Shown one piece after another: positions 9,961 through 19,886 of a DNA stretch of 64,000 nucleotides; the stretch's first letter is position 1, and every line of letters begins with the position of its first letter. The translations under genes and the position numbers were made by a program. The notes beneath the pieces were generated by a model. The model saw nothing but the letters and a program-made list of their open reading frames with translations. It did no database searches and was not told the origin of the DNA. The stretch covers positions 857 through 64,856 of the forward strand of contig JADCGG010000040.1 of NCBI GenBank assembly GCA_020249125.1. The letters run 5' to 3'. The DNA comes from Roseomonas sp. Its GTDB lineage: Bacteria; Pseudomonadota; Alphaproteobacteria; Acetobacterales; Acetobacteraceae.

Positions 9961-10663
9961 TACCGTGCTGGAAGTGGATGGCTTGCGCGCCGGCTATGGC
10001 CCGGCGGAGATTCTTTTTGGCGTGTCACTGCGGCTTGCGAAAGGCGAGGTTGCGGCGCTGATGGGCCGCAATGGCGCGGGCAAATCCACCACGCTGAAGG
10101 CGATCATGGGCCTTTTGCCGCCGCGCGGCGGGCGCGTAGTTTTCGGCGGGCGAGAGATCGCCGGCCTGCCGGCTTTTCGCATCGCCCGCCTTGGGCTTGG
10201 CTATGTGCCGGAAGATCGGCGCATTTTCACCGATCTGACGGTAGCCGAAAATCTGGAAGTGGGCCGCCGCGCCGCGCGTGGCCACACCGCCTGGACGCCT
10301 GAGCGCCTTTTCGCGATTTTCCCCAATCTGGCAGCGATGCGCGGCCGCCGCGCCGCTGCCATGTCTGGCGGGGAACAGCAAATGCTCGCCATTGCGCGCA
10401 CGCTGATGGGCAATCCCGATGCGGTGCTGCTGGATGAACCATCGGAAGGGTTGGCGCCTGTCATTCTGGAATTGATGGCGGAAGCGGTGCTCAGCATGAA
10501 GCGCGAAGGCATCGCGGTGTTGCTGTCAGAACAGAATTTTGATTTCGCCGCCGCGGTCGCGGACCATGCCTATGTGATTGAACGCGGCGAAATCCATTAT
10601 GATGGGACAATGGCAGCGCTGGAAGCAGACCCAGTGCTGCGCGCGCAACACCTCACGTTATAG
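9953..10663 (+). CDS. LivF-type ABC ATP-binding protein
   Basis: GRNGAGKS, MSGGEQQMLAIAR, LLDEPSEGLAP; start refined to ATG 9953. Confidence 0.92.
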   Translation: MADTVLEVDGLRAGYGPAEILFGVSLRLAKGEVAALMGRNGAGKSTTLKAIMGLLPPRGGRVVFGGREIAGLPAFRIARLGLGYVPEDRRIFTDLTVAENLEVGRRAARGHTAWTPERLFAIFPNLAAMRGRRAAAMSGGEQQMLAIARTLMGNPDAVLLDEPSEGLAPVILELMAEAVLSMKREGIAVLLSEQNFDFAAAVADHAYVIERGEIHYDGTMAALEADPVLRAQHLTL

Positions 10664-10730
10664 ATTGTCTCCCTTTCAGCTTCGTTCACTGCACACGCTC
10701 TAACTTTTCTTTGGTCGCATTTTCCGAGTC

Positions 10731-10750
10731 GCCAAGTGATTCCACTTGGC
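10731..10750. other. Perfect 8-bp inverted repeat GCCAAGTG-ATTC-CACTTGGC between convergent genes; possible terminator or repeat remnant
   Basis: Read directly. Lies just after the aminotransferase stop; no clear U-tract. Confidence 0.5.
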
Positions 10751-10751
10751 T

Positions 10752-12095
10752 TCAAAATGCTCCAGGCAGCCCCGCGAAAACGTCATCCACCGCGGTGCCG
10801 AAGCGTTCCACGATCATCTCCACATCTCGCGCCGTCACGATATAGGGCGGTGAGAGGATCACATGATCACCATGCGTGCCATCAATCGTGCCACCCATCG
10901 GATAGCAGGCCAACCCATGTGCGAAGGCCGCATGCTTGATGCGTTCATTCACGCCAAGCGCGGGATCGAAGGTGGCTTTGCTGGCGCGGTCCTGCACGAA
11001 TTCCACCGCCCAGAACAAGCCGCGCCCGCGAATATCCCCGACATGGCGATGATTGCCCAAGCGTTCCATCAGGCCGCGTTCCAATAACGCCCCCATGGCG
11101 CGCGTATTGGCCAGCAAGTTTTCTTCCGCAATCACTTCCTGCACCGCCAGCGCCGCGGCGCAAGCGACCGGATGGGCCTGATAGGTATGGCCATGCTTGA
11201 AAGTGCCCGTGCCGCGCTTCAGCGTTTCCACCACGCGCCCATGCACCAAAATGCCACCAATCGGCTGATAACCGCCGCCAAGACCCTTGGCGATCACTTG
11301 AATATCGGGCGAAACGCCTTCCTGTTCCCAGGCATGCAAGGTGCCGGTGCGGCCCATGCCGGACATCACCTCATCTAAAATCAGCAAGGCGCCGTGGCGA
11401 TCACACACCGCGCGCATGGCCTGGAAATAACCAGGTAGCGCGGTGGCACAGCCCAGTGTCGCGCCCACCACGGTTTCCGCGCAAAAGGCAATCACGTTGC
11501 GCGGGCCAAGACGCTGAAATTCCGCTTCAAGCTCCGCCGCCAGCCGCGCGACATAATCGGCATCCGATTCATCATCGCGCCGATCACGATAGGCATAGCA
11601 GGGCGAGACATGGCTGAAGGCATCGGAAAGAATTGGCGCATAGGGTGTGCGCCGCGCGATATTGCCGCTGGCCGCCAACGCGCCCAACGTATTGCCGTGA
11701 TAGGATTGCCGGCGCGCGATGAAACGCGTGCGCTGCGGTTCCCCCGCTTCCAGAAAATATTGCCGCGCGATTTTCAGCGCGGATTCCATCCCCTCACTGC
11801 CTGAGGAAACAAAATAGGCATGGGTGAGCCCACCTGGCTTATGGCCCACCAGAACTTCTGCGAGTTTTTCCGCGCTACCCGCGCTGAACAGCGCCGTATG
11901 CGCGTAACAGAGCCGATCAATCTGCGCCTTCATGGCAGAAACCACATGCGGATGCCCATGGCCCAGACAGGCCACGGCGGCACCGCCCGAGCCATCAATC
12001 ACATCATGCCCGGTTGAATCCCTCAGCCAAATGCCCTGGCCGGAAACGGCGATGGGCGGGTCCTTCAACAGGTTGCGATGGACGATATGGGACAT
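10752..12095 (-). CDS. Class III PLP-dependent aminotransferase (omega-amino acid/BioA-like family)
   Basis: DGSGGAAV, SSGSEGMESA, YHGNTLGAL, ILDEVMSGMGRTG, IAKGLGGGY, HGHTY. Confidence 0.92.
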   Translation of the reverse strand: MSHIVHRNLLKDPPIAVSGQGIWLRDSTGHDVIDGSGGAAVACLGHGHPHVVSAMKAQIDRLCYAHTALFSAGSAEKLAEVLVGHKPGGLTHAYFVSSGSEGMESALKIARQYFLEAGEPQRTRFIARRQSYHGNTLGALAASGNIARRTPYAPILSDAFSHVSPCYAYRDRRDDESDADYVARLAAELEAEFQRLGPRNVIAFCAETVVGATLGCATALPGYFQAMRAVCDRHGALLILDEVMSGMGRTGTLHAWEQEGVSPDIQVIAKGLGGGYQPIGGILVHGRVVETLKRGTGTFKHGHTYQAHPVACAAALAVQEVIAEENLLANTRAMGALLERGLMERLGNHRHVGDIRGRGLFWAVEFVQDRASKATFDPALGVNERIKHAAFAHGLACYPMGGTIDGTHGDHVILSPPYIVTARDVEMIVERFGTAVDDVFAGLPGAF

Positions 12096-12155
12096 GGCGT
12101 TGCTCCTTTTGCATCATCCTGCCGCGATCTGCGCCAAAGGGCCAGCTTGTATTTT

Positions 12156-13403
12156 TCAGGGCGTCAGCAGCCCCACCACCGCCCCCGTCATGCAACAGGC
12201 GATGGAAGCGGAAACCAGGGAAGGCAAGCCAAGGCGTAAAATATCCGCGCGCCGTTCCGGGCACATGCCGGCCATCCCCGCCACCATGATCCCAACGGAG
12301 CCGAAATTGGTGAAGCCGCAAAGCGCGTAGGTCAGAATCAGGCGGGATCGTTCCGAAAGCCCAGCGCCGCCCGTTTGCGCCAGTTCCAGGTAGGAAACAA
12401 ATTCATTCACCACGATCTTCACGCCAAGCGATGATGCAACGGTGGCTGCTTCCGCCGACGGCACGCCCATGGCCCAAGCGACCGGCCAAAGCAGCAACCC
12501 GAGCAGGCGTTGCAAGGTAAAGCCTGTCGCGGGCTCCAGCGCCATATTCACCAAGGCGACCAGCGCAACAAAGACAATGAGCGAAGCCATAATGCCAAGC
12601 AGCAGCGAAAGCCCATCCTGCGTGCCGCGTACCAGCGCATCCATGCTGCTATCATAAAGCTTCACCGGTGCGCCGGTGTCATGATCCGCCGCGGTGCTGC
12701 CGCTTTCTGCCGGCAGCATCAGCAGCGCGGCAAGGATCGCGGCGGGCGCGGAAATCAGGCTCGCGGTTAGTAATTGCCCGGCTGCATCGGGCACCACAGG
12801 CGTCATCATCAGCGCATAAACCACCAGCGTATTGCCACTGATGGTGGCAAGCCCTGCGGTCATCACCACGAAAAGCTCAGCGCGTGTCATGCGCGCCAGC
12901 CAGGCGCGGATCATGAGTGGTGCTTCCACCATGCCGACAAAGACATTCGCCGCCACGCCAAAGCCTGCCGCACCGCCAATGCCGAAAAGTCGTTGCAGCA
13001 CCACCGCCATCACGCGCACAATCGCGGGCAGGATGCCCCAATGATAGAACAGCGCGGAAAGCGCGCCGACCACGAGCACCAAGGGCAGCGCCTGAAAGAA
13101 CAGGATGAAGGAAGCACCGGGGCGGAGTTCCTGAAACGGCAAGGCACCGCCACCCAAATAACCAAAAACCAGGGATGTGCCGGCTTGCGTCGCCACCGCC
13201 AGCGCATTCACCGCATCCCCCAGATAGGCGAAGCCCGCACGCAGCGGCGCGATATGCAACAGCGCCGCGCCAAGGGCGATTTGCAGCGCAAGGCCCATCA
13301 GCAGAACGCGTACAGAAATGCCGCGCTTGAAGCCGCCCAATCCCCAAGCCAGTAGGCAAAGCGCCAATAGGCCAAAGCCGGATTGGGCTTGCAGCGCAGT
13401 CAT
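12156..13403 (-). CDS. NupC/CNT-family nucleoside:cation symporter
   Basis: ANVFVGMVEAPL, MTAGLATISG, KIVVNEFVSY, YALCGFTNFGSVGIM. Confidence 0.93.
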   Translation of the reverse strand: MTALQAQSGFGLLALCLLAWGLGGFKRGISVRVLLMGLALQIALGAALLHIAPLRAGFAYLGDAVNALAVATQAGTSLVFGYLGGGALPFQELRPGASFILFFQALPLVLVVGALSALFYHWGILPAIVRVMAVVLQRLFGIGGAAGFGVAANVFVGMVEAPLMIRAWLARMTRAELFVVMTAGLATISGNTLVVYALMMTPVVPDAAGQLLTASLISAPAAILAALLMLPAESGSTAADHDTGAPVKLYDSSMDALVRGTQDGLSLLLGIMASLIVFVALVALVNMALEPATGFTLQRLLGLLLWPVAWAMGVPSAEAATVASSLGVKIVVNEFVSYLELAQTGGAGLSERSRLILTYALCGFTNFGSVGIMVAGMAGMCPERRADILRLGLPSLVSASIACCMTGAVVGLLTP

Positions 13404-14830
13404 GGGGGCGGGTCATCCTCATCGATTGCGACTGCGCCTTCCACACCAAGCAAGCTGGCGGCCTGATCGCCCGGCATTGCCTCCACATCCTTCAGCTTAC
13501 GCGCGATGCTGCGCGTGCGCGTGCGTGCCTCGCCAATCGAATTGCCAACTGTTGTCACCTGCCTGCCAAGTTTTTCCAAAACGCCATCCATCTTAGCCAT
13601 TTCCGCCTTGGTGGCAGAAAGCAATTCGCGCACGCTTTCCGCATTCTTCGAAAGCGCAAGCGTGACATGCCCAAGCTGAATGGTGCGCAGCATGGCCGGC
13701 AGCAGCGAAGGCCCCGCGATGAAGACACGCGCATTGCGCCCGATATCATCAATCAGTCCCGGAATGCGCGCCACTTCTGCGTAAAGCCCTTCGGTCGGCA
13801 GATACATCACGGCGAATTCCGTGGTAGCGGGCGGGTTGATGTATTTGTCGCGAATCTTCAAGGCCTCACCACGGATGCGCGCTTCCAGGCCCTTGCGAGC
13901 CTGCGCCTCGGCCTCAATCTCGCCCGCATCATGGGCTTGCAGCAGGCGTTCGTAATCTTCCACCGGGAATTTAGCATCCACCGGTAGACGCACCGGCGCT
14001 TCCTGGCCAACCGGCATCAGAATGGCGAATTCCACCGTGTCATGGCTGCCCTCGCGCAGCTTCACATTCGTCTCATAAGACCCTTGCGGCAGGAAATCAT
14101 CCAATAGCGCCTTGACCTGCGCCTCCCCCCAACCGCCGCGCGTCTTTACATTGGAAAACAGGCGTTTCAGGTCGCCCACCTGGCTCGCAACTGATTGCAC
14201 ATTGCCCATCATGGCCTGGATAGCGTTGAACTGGTCAATCACGCGGGTGAAGCTTTCGCTCATTTGCTTTTCGACCGCCGCGCCCAATTGCTCATTTACG
14301 CTGGCCTGAATTTCCGCGAGCCGCTTGTCATTGGCTTCGCGCATGTCCTTGAGCTTGGCTTCAAGCTCGGCTCGGCTTTCATTGCCCTTGCGGTCGATCA
14401 TATCGCGCGCCGCCACCATTTCTGCCGCAATGGCATTCTTCATTGCGGCTTGCGCTTCGGCCAAAGCAGCGCGCACCTGTTCCACCATCACCTGCACGCG
14501 CGCTGCCGCATCGGCGTTTTCCTGGCGCAGCTTGGCGGCATTCTCCCGCGCTTCCAGTACACCCTGTTGCTGCGCCTGCGCGGTGGCGCCCTGCACTTCC
14601 ATCAGCTTGGTGGTGAGTGCCGACATTTCCCGCCCGAGTGTCACTTCGCTGGCGGAAAGCGCCGCCTTCACCTCACCAGCAAGGGCACCTAACCTCTCCC
14701 CCTGGCGTTCCTGCGCCGCTTGCAAAAGCGCCATGGCAGGATCAGGCGCAGGCTTGCGCAATAGCAGCGCCAGCAACAGCGCTGCCACCACGCCAAAGGC
14801 AATCAGTAACACCAGGCTTTCAAGCGCCAT
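13400..14830 (-). CDS. rmuC: DNA recombination protein RmuC
   Basis: N-terminal TM, coiled coil, NVKTRGGWGEAQ, LPVDAKFPVEDY, FAVMYLPTEGLYAE. Confidence 0.95.
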   Translation of the reverse strand: MALESLVLLIAFGVVAALLLALLLRKPAPDPAMALLQAAQERQGERLGALAGEVKAALSASEVTLGREMSALTTKLMEVQGATAQAQQQGVLEARENAAKLRQENADAAARVQVMVEQVRAALAEAQAAMKNAIAAEMVAARDMIDRKGNESRAELEAKLKDMREANDKRLAEIQASVNEQLGAAVEKQMSESFTRVIDQFNAIQAMMGNVQSVASQVGDLKRLFSNVKTRGGWGEAQVKALLDDFLPQGSYETNVKLREGSHDTVEFAILMPVGQEAPVRLPVDAKFPVEDYERLLQAHDAGEIEAEAQARKGLEARIRGEALKIRDKYINPPATTEFAVMYLPTEGLYAEVARIPGLIDDIGRNARVFIAGPSLLPAMLRTIQLGHVTLALSKNAESVRELLSATKAEMAKMDGVLEKLGRQVTTVGNSIGEARTRTRSIARKLKDVEAMPGDQAASLLGVEGAVAIDEDDPPP

Positions 14831-14839
14831 GCCTTGCCC

Positions 14840-16417
14840 TCAATGCCGGAAATGCCGCATGCCGGTGAAGACCATGGCAAGCCCGGCCTTATCGGCGGCT
14901 TCAATCACCTCATTGTCCCGGATTGAGCCACCCGGCTGAATGATGGCGGTCGCACCGGCGGATGCCGCGATTTCCAGCCCATCAGCAAAGGGAAAAAACG
15001 CATCGGATGCCACAACCGAACCCTTGGCGAGCGGTTCTGCCAAACCCGCTGCCTTGGCCGCGGCTTCGCTTTTCCAGGCGGCGATGCGGCTGCTTTCGGC
15101 GCGGTTCATCTGCCCCGCACCAATACCAACCGTCGCCAAGCTCTTGGCATAAACAATGGCGTTGGATTTCACATGCTTGCAGACGCGGAAGGCGAACAGC
15201 AGATCCGCCATTTCGGCCGCCGTCGGCGCGCGTTTGGTCACGCATTTCAGCGTGGCTTCACTGACGCGCCCGGCATCGCGTGATTGCGCCAGGAATCCTC
15301 CCGCCACGGAACGGAACATCATGCCGGGCGCGGCAGGATCGGGCAGGTCGCCGGTCAGCAGCAGGCGCAAATTCTTCTTCTTGGCGAATATCGCAAGCGC
15401 CGCCTCATCGGCATCTGGCGCAATCACCACTTCAGTGAAAATCGCGGTGATGCGTTCCGCCGCCGCCGCATCCAGCTTGCGATTGGTGGCGACAATCCCG
15501 CCGAAGGCCGAAACTGGGTCGCATAACAGCGCGCGATCCCAGGCTTGCGCCAAATCACCCGCTACCGCGACACCGCAAGGATTGGCGTGCTTCACAATCA
15601 TAATCGCCGGATCGGCGAATTCAGCGAGGGCTTCAAACGCCGCATCCGTATCATTGAGGTTATTGTAGGAAAGCTCCTTGCCCTGGATTTGCCTTGCGGT
15701 GGCAATGCCTGGGCGCGCGCTGCCATCCAGATAAAACGCCGCTGATTGATGCGGGTTTTCGCCGTAGCGCAGCGTCTGCCGAAGTGATCCCGAAAAAGAA
15801 AGCCGTTCCGGAAATTCCTGCCCTTCCTGCTTGGCGAACCAGCCAGAAATCGCCGCATCATAGGCTGCGGTGCGCGCATAAGCAGCAGCGGCCAAACGCC
15901 TGCGCGTGGCAAGCTTGGTGCCACCGGCTTCCGTGATTTCCGCCTGCACCTCGGCGAAATGCGCCGGTTCCGTCAGCACCGCGACATGGGCGTGGTTTTT
16001 CGCCGCGCTACGGATCATGGCCGGGCCGCCAATATCGATGTTTTCGATGCAGTCATCGAAATCGGCGCCCTTCGCGACCGTCGCCTCAAACGGGTAGAGA
16101 TTGACCGCCACCAGATCAATCGGCGCAATGCCATGCGCTTCCATTTGCGCCAGATGCTCGGCCAAATCGCGCCTTCCCAGAATGCCGCCATGCACTTGCG
16201 GCACCAGCGTCTTCACCCGGCCATCCAGGATTTCCGGAAAGCCCGTATGGTCCGATACATCCTTCACCGGCACGCCCGCATCGCGCAGTGCCTTGGCGGT
16301 GCCGCCGGTGGAGAGAATCTCCACCCCGCGCGCCGCGAGGAAACGGCCAAATTCAATCAGCCCGGTTTTGTCGGAAACGGAAATCAGGGCGCGGCGCGGC
16401 GCGATCACATCGGTCAT
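14840..16417 (-). CDS. purH: Bifunctional AICAR transformylase/IMP cyclohydrolase
   Basis: [60 protein letters not shown]. Confidence 0.98.
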   Translation of the reverse strand: MTDVIAPRRALISVSDKTGLIEFGRFLAARGVEILSTGGTAKALRDAGVPVKDVSDHTGFPEILDGRVKTLVPQVHGGILGRRDLAEHLAQMEAHGIAPIDLVAVNLYPFEATVAKGADFDDCIENIDIGGPAMIRSAAKNHAHVAVLTEPAHFAEVQAEITEAGGTKLATRRRLAAAAYARTAAYDAAISGWFAKQEGQEFPERLSFSGSLRQTLRYGENPHQSAAFYLDGSARPGIATARQIQGKELSYNNLNDTDAAFEALAEFADPAIMIVKHANPCGVAVAGDLAQAWDRALLCDPVSAFGGIVATNRKLDAAAAERITAIFTEVVIAPDADEAALAIFAKKKNLRLLLTGDLPDPAAPGMMFRSVAGGFLAQSRDAGRVSEATLKCVTKRAPTAAEMADLLFAFRVCKHVKSNAIVYAKSLATVGIGAGQMNRAESSRIAAWKSEAAAKAAGLAEPLAKGSVVASDAFFPFADGLEIAASAGATAIIQPGGSIRDNEVIEAADKAGLAMVFTGMRHFRH

Positions 16418-16484
16418 GGCAGGAATCCAGCAAAAGCGCCTTGGGGCTTACGCCCGGCGGCAGGGGGGATCAAGCCATCCCGCT

Positions 16485-16832
16485 TCATTCAACCGGCAGG
16501 AAAATGAAGACCACCGCCCCTAAAAGGCAAAGCGCGGCGGCGGCGAAATTCCAGCGCAGCGGCTCGCCCAGCCACATCACCGAAAATACGGCGAAAACCG
16601 CCAGCGTGATCACTTCCTGCATGATCTTCAGCTGCTGGCCGGTGAAGGCGCCATAGCCGATGCGGTTCGCCGGCACCGCCAGGCAATACTCAAAAAACGC
16701 AATGCCCCAGGAAGCCAGAACCGCCAGCCAGATCGGCCAGGCTGGCTGTTTCAAATGCCCATACCAGGCGAAAGTCATCAGGATATTGCTGCCAATCAGC
16801 AGCAGCGGCGTCAGCAGGAAGGGGCTGGTCAT
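16485..16832 (-). CDS. Small DMT-superfamily membrane protein (DUF486-like)
   Basis: SNILMTFAWYGHLK, SWGIAFFEYCLAVPANRIG, QLKIMQEVITL; ATG 16832 overlaps the ampG stop. Confidence 0.9.
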   Translation of the reverse strand: MTSPFLLTPLLLIGSNILMTFAWYGHLKQPAWPIWLAVLASWGIAFFEYCLAVPANRIGYGAFTGQQLKIMQEVITLAVFAVFSVMWLGEPLRWNFAAAALCLLGAVVFIFLPVE

Positions 16833-18091
16833 GTCGCGCTTCTTTCTGAGGTGGGCGGCAAGCGGCGCAGCAGCCACAGCATAATGGCCATGGCCGGCAG
16901 CGCGGCCACCGTGGTCAGCACAAAAAACCAGGGCCATCCCAGGCCTTCCGCCAGCACGCCCGATGTCGCGCCCAGGGTACGCAGAGGCACCGCCGCCAGT
17001 GAAGACAGCAGCGCATATTGCGTGGCGGTGAAGCTGCGGCTGGTCAGCATGCCAAGGTATGAAAGAAATGCCGCGTCAGCCAGGCCATCAGTGAAATTCT
17101 CCACCCCCACCTGCGCGAACAACATGCGGATATCATGCCCCGCAAAAGCCAGCGCGACATACATGAGGTTGGAGAGCATTTGCGTGATCCCAGTCAGGAT
17201 CAAGGCGCGCCCGGTGCCAAGTTTCGCCACCAGCCAGCCGCCGGCAAGTGCCCCGGCCAGGGTCGCGACCAGGCCAAAGACGGATGAAACACTCGCGACT
17301 TCAAGCCTAGTGAAACCAAGCTGGCGGTAAAATGGCGCGGTCATGATGCCGGCCAAAGCCTCGCCCAGCTTGAACAGAGCAACAAAGGCGAGGATCGCGA
17401 ACCAATAGCGCCGGCGCATGAAATCCGCGAAGGGATCAATCACCGCATAGCGCATCCGCGCCGCCCAGCCCTGCGGCGGAAGGCCGGGGCCGCGTGGCGG
17501 TTCGGCAGCGAAAAGCACCGCGGCAACGCCAAGCCCCACCATCGCCGCGCAGCCGGCAAAGGCAAAAGCCCAGCCGGCGAATTCCGCCATGGCCAAGGCG
17601 CCCGCCGTCGCCGCCAAAAGCGCGCCGCGATAGCCCCAGACATAGCAGGCCAGCCCATAGCCCTGATCGGCCTCTTCCAGGCTTTCGATACGGAAGGCGT
17701 CAATCACGATATCCTGGCTGGCCGATAGGAACGCGACCGCCACCGCCACCGCGACTGTCAGGCTGACATCCAGCGCGGGGTTGGTCTGGCCGAGTGCTAC
17801 AATCGCCCCGATCAGCGGTACTTGGATGGAAAGCAGCCAGCCGCGCCGGCGCCCGAGGGCTCGGAAAAACGGCGGCGGGCTATGGTCTATCAGCGGCGAC
17901 CAGAGGAATTTCAGCGAATAGGACAGCCCAATCAGCGCCGTGAAGCCGATAGCCGCCAGCGAAAGATTGGATTCCGCCAGCCATTGCCTGAGCGTGAAGG
18001 CTGAAAGCGGCAGCGGCACGCCGGCCGCGAAGCCAAGCGCGAGCATCACAAGAAAGCGCTTGTCGCGCCAGCGTGGGGGCGAATCGGCCAT
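16829..18091 (-). CDS. ampG: AmpG-like muropeptide MFS permease
   Basis: LGFAAGVPLPL, YSLKFLWSPLID, LGRRRGW, SASQDIVIDAFRIE, FTATQYALLSSL; real start is MADSPPRW at 18091, not 19096. Confidence 0.93.
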   Translation of the reverse strand: MADSPPRWRDKRFLVMLALGFAAGVPLPLSAFTLRQWLAESNLSLAAIGFTALIGLSYSLKFLWSPLIDHSPPPFFRALGRRRGWLLSIQVPLIGAIVALGQTNPALDVSLTVAVAVAVAFLSASQDIVIDAFRIESLEEADQGYGLACYVWGYRGALLAATAGALAMAEFAGWAFAFAGCAAMVGLGVAAVLFAAEPPRGPGLPPQGWAARMRYAVIDPFADFMRRRYWFAILAFVALFKLGEALAGIMTAPFYRQLGFTRLEVASVSSVFGLVATLAGALAGGWLVAKLGTGRALILTGITQMLSNLMYVALAFAGHDIRMLFAQVGVENFTDGLADAAFLSYLGMLTSRSFTATQYALLSSLAAVPLRTLGATSGVLAEGLGWPWFFVLTTVAALPAMAIMLWLLRRLPPTSERSAT

Positions 18092-18193
18092 GCGCTGAAA
18101 CTGACAGAAGCCGCGCCCGCCCGCCACCAGGAATGGCTTGCCGCACGCCGCAAGGACAGCGCAATATAGCCGCAGCATTGGGGGGATAGCCGC

Positions 18194-18730
18194 ATGACCA
18201 TGATCGCCAAGGCGAAGGGCCTTTTGGTGGAACCCGGCAAGACCTGGGACGCGATAGCGGCGGAACCCATGACCTTGGGCGGTGTTTTCACCAGCTATGT
18301 GCTGCCGCTGGCGGCGATTCCTTCCATCGGCAGCGCCATTGGCACTTTTCTGGGTGGGAAGCTGCCCAATGTCACGGAGTTGCTGATCAGCTACATCATC
18401 GCGGTAGTCAGCGTGCTGATCATGGGCAAGATCATGCCGCCCTTGGCCGCGCGCTTCGGCGCCCCCGCAAATGCCGAGGCTGGCATGAAGCTGGCCGCCT
18501 TCGCGCCGACCGGCGCCTGGGTCGGCGGGCTCGCGTTGATTGTGCCCTCCCTGGGCGGATTTTTGGCGCTGATCGGCGCGCTTTACACGCTCTACCTGTT
18601 TTATGATGGCGCGCAGCGGCTGTTTCCCGTCGCCCCCGTCAAGGCACGCATGCTGGGCTTTTCGGCCGTTTTGGCCTCGATCCTGTTGAATATGCTCATC
18701 GGCCTTGGTGTGGGCATCCTTTCCGCCTGA
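18194..18730 (+). CDS. Yip1-family membrane protein
   Basis: LLVEPGKTWDAIAAEP, YVLPLAAIP, five hydrophobic segments, LYTLYLFYDG. Confidence 0.8.
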   Translation: MTMIAKAKGLLVEPGKTWDAIAAEPMTLGGVFTSYVLPLAAIPSIGSAIGTFLGGKLPNVTELLISYIIAVVSVLIMGKIMPPLAARFGAPANAEAGMKLAAFAPTGAWVGGLALIVPSLGGFLALIGALYTLYLFYDGAQRLFPVAPVKARMLGFSAVLASILLNMLIGLGVGILSA

Positions 18731-18773
18731 GCCTGCGCGCCCATATGGGCGTGACGAGGTAAGGGTGGATGCA

Positions 18774-19709
18774 ATGCTTGTGACAGTTTTCGGCGGCGGC
18801 GGCTTTATCGGGCGCCATATTGTGCAGCGTTTGGCGGCGACGGGCCACACCATCCGCATCGCGGGGCGCGATACGGAAGCCGCCGCGCGGCTTTGCACCA
18901 TGGGGGGTGTTGGGCAGATCACGCCCATCGCGGCTTCCGTGACTGATGAGGTTTCATCAGCGCGGGCGGTGGCCGGGGCTGACCTGGTGATCAACCTGGT
19001 CGGCATTCTGTTTGAACGCCGCTCCGGAGATTTCCAGCGCATCCAGGCCGAAGGTGCCGGACGCCTCGCGCGCCTGGCCGCGGCGGCGGGGGCCAAGCAA
19101 TTCCTGCATCTTTCCGCGATTGGCGCGGCTGCCAGCAGCCCGAGCCTTTACGCGCAGACCAAGGCAGCGGGTGAAGCGGCCGTGCTGGCGGCCTTCCCCG
19201 ACGCCATCATTCTGCGGCCTTCCGTGGTGTTCGGCCCGGATGACCAATTCTTCAACCGCTTTGCGGGCCTTGCCGCCATGCTGCCCTTCATGCCGGTGGT
19301 GTCGGGCGATACGCGCTTTCAGCCGGTTTACGTTGGCGATGTGGCGGATGCCGCCATGGCGGCCCTTTCGGACCCATCCGCCGCCGGCAAGGTCTTCGAA
19401 TTGGGCGGCCCGCGCGTGATGAGCATGCGTGACGTGCTACGCTACATCTTGGATGTCACGCAGCGCCACCGCCCCATGATCGCCCTGCCAGAGGGCTTCG
19501 TGCGCCTGCAAGCCCGGCTTGGGGAACTGCTGCCCACGCCGCCGCTGACGCGCGATCAGTTGATCTTGCTCGGCAAGGATAATGTGGTTTCCCCCAATAC
19601 GCTGGGATTTCAGGCACTTGGCATTGAACCCAAGGCGGTGGAGGCGATTGTGCCTGGCTATCTAGCGCGGTTCCGTCGGGGAGGGCAGCGGGCGGGGGTG
19701 GCGGCCTAA
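18774..19709 (+). CDS. Complex I NDUFA9-like NAD-dependent SDR/epimerase
   Basis: VTVFGGGGFIGRHIV Rossmann motif, HLSAIGA, YAQTKAAGE, ILRPSVVFGPDDQFFNRF, FQPVYVGDVA. Confidence 0.9.
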   Translation: MLVTVFGGGGFIGRHIVQRLAATGHTIRIAGRDTEAAARLCTMGGVGQITPIAASVTDEVSSARAVAGADLVINLVGILFERRSGDFQRIQAEGAGRLARLAAAAGAKQFLHLSAIGAAASSPSLYAQTKAAGEAAVLAAFPDAIILRPSVVFGPDDQFFNRFAGLAAMLPFMPVVSGDTRFQPVYVGDVADAAMAALSDPSAAGKVFELGGPRVMSMRDVLRYILDVTQRHRPMIALPEGFVRLQARLGELLPTPPLTRDQLILLGKDNVVSPNTLGFQALGIEPKAVEAIVPGYLARFRRGGQRAGVAA

Positions 19710-19886
19710 AAGTCCGAAGCGGACATATTAGTGCGGTAAATGGTAGTGGGTTTGAGGAATAAAATGGCGGCAAAGCCTATTTAGGTCATAAATTCTGTCC
19801 TTATCGCGCAAAAAAGACTCGCGTTGGGGATTGGCTTTGGTTATGGGGCGGCTCTGGGCTCAACCGCGACCAAGGATCACCCCCCA

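Noticed and set aside
16418-16484. Possible ZTP (pfl) riboswitch upstream of purH
   Set aside because: Only a GCCGCCGGGC-like 3' fragment is present. The 5' conserved stem-loop is absent and the space is too short.
16829-19096. 755-aa ORF suggesting an AmpG fusion
   Set aside because: The N-terminal 335 aa are antisense to the Yip1 and NDUFA9-like genes; AmpG similarity starts at ATG 18091.
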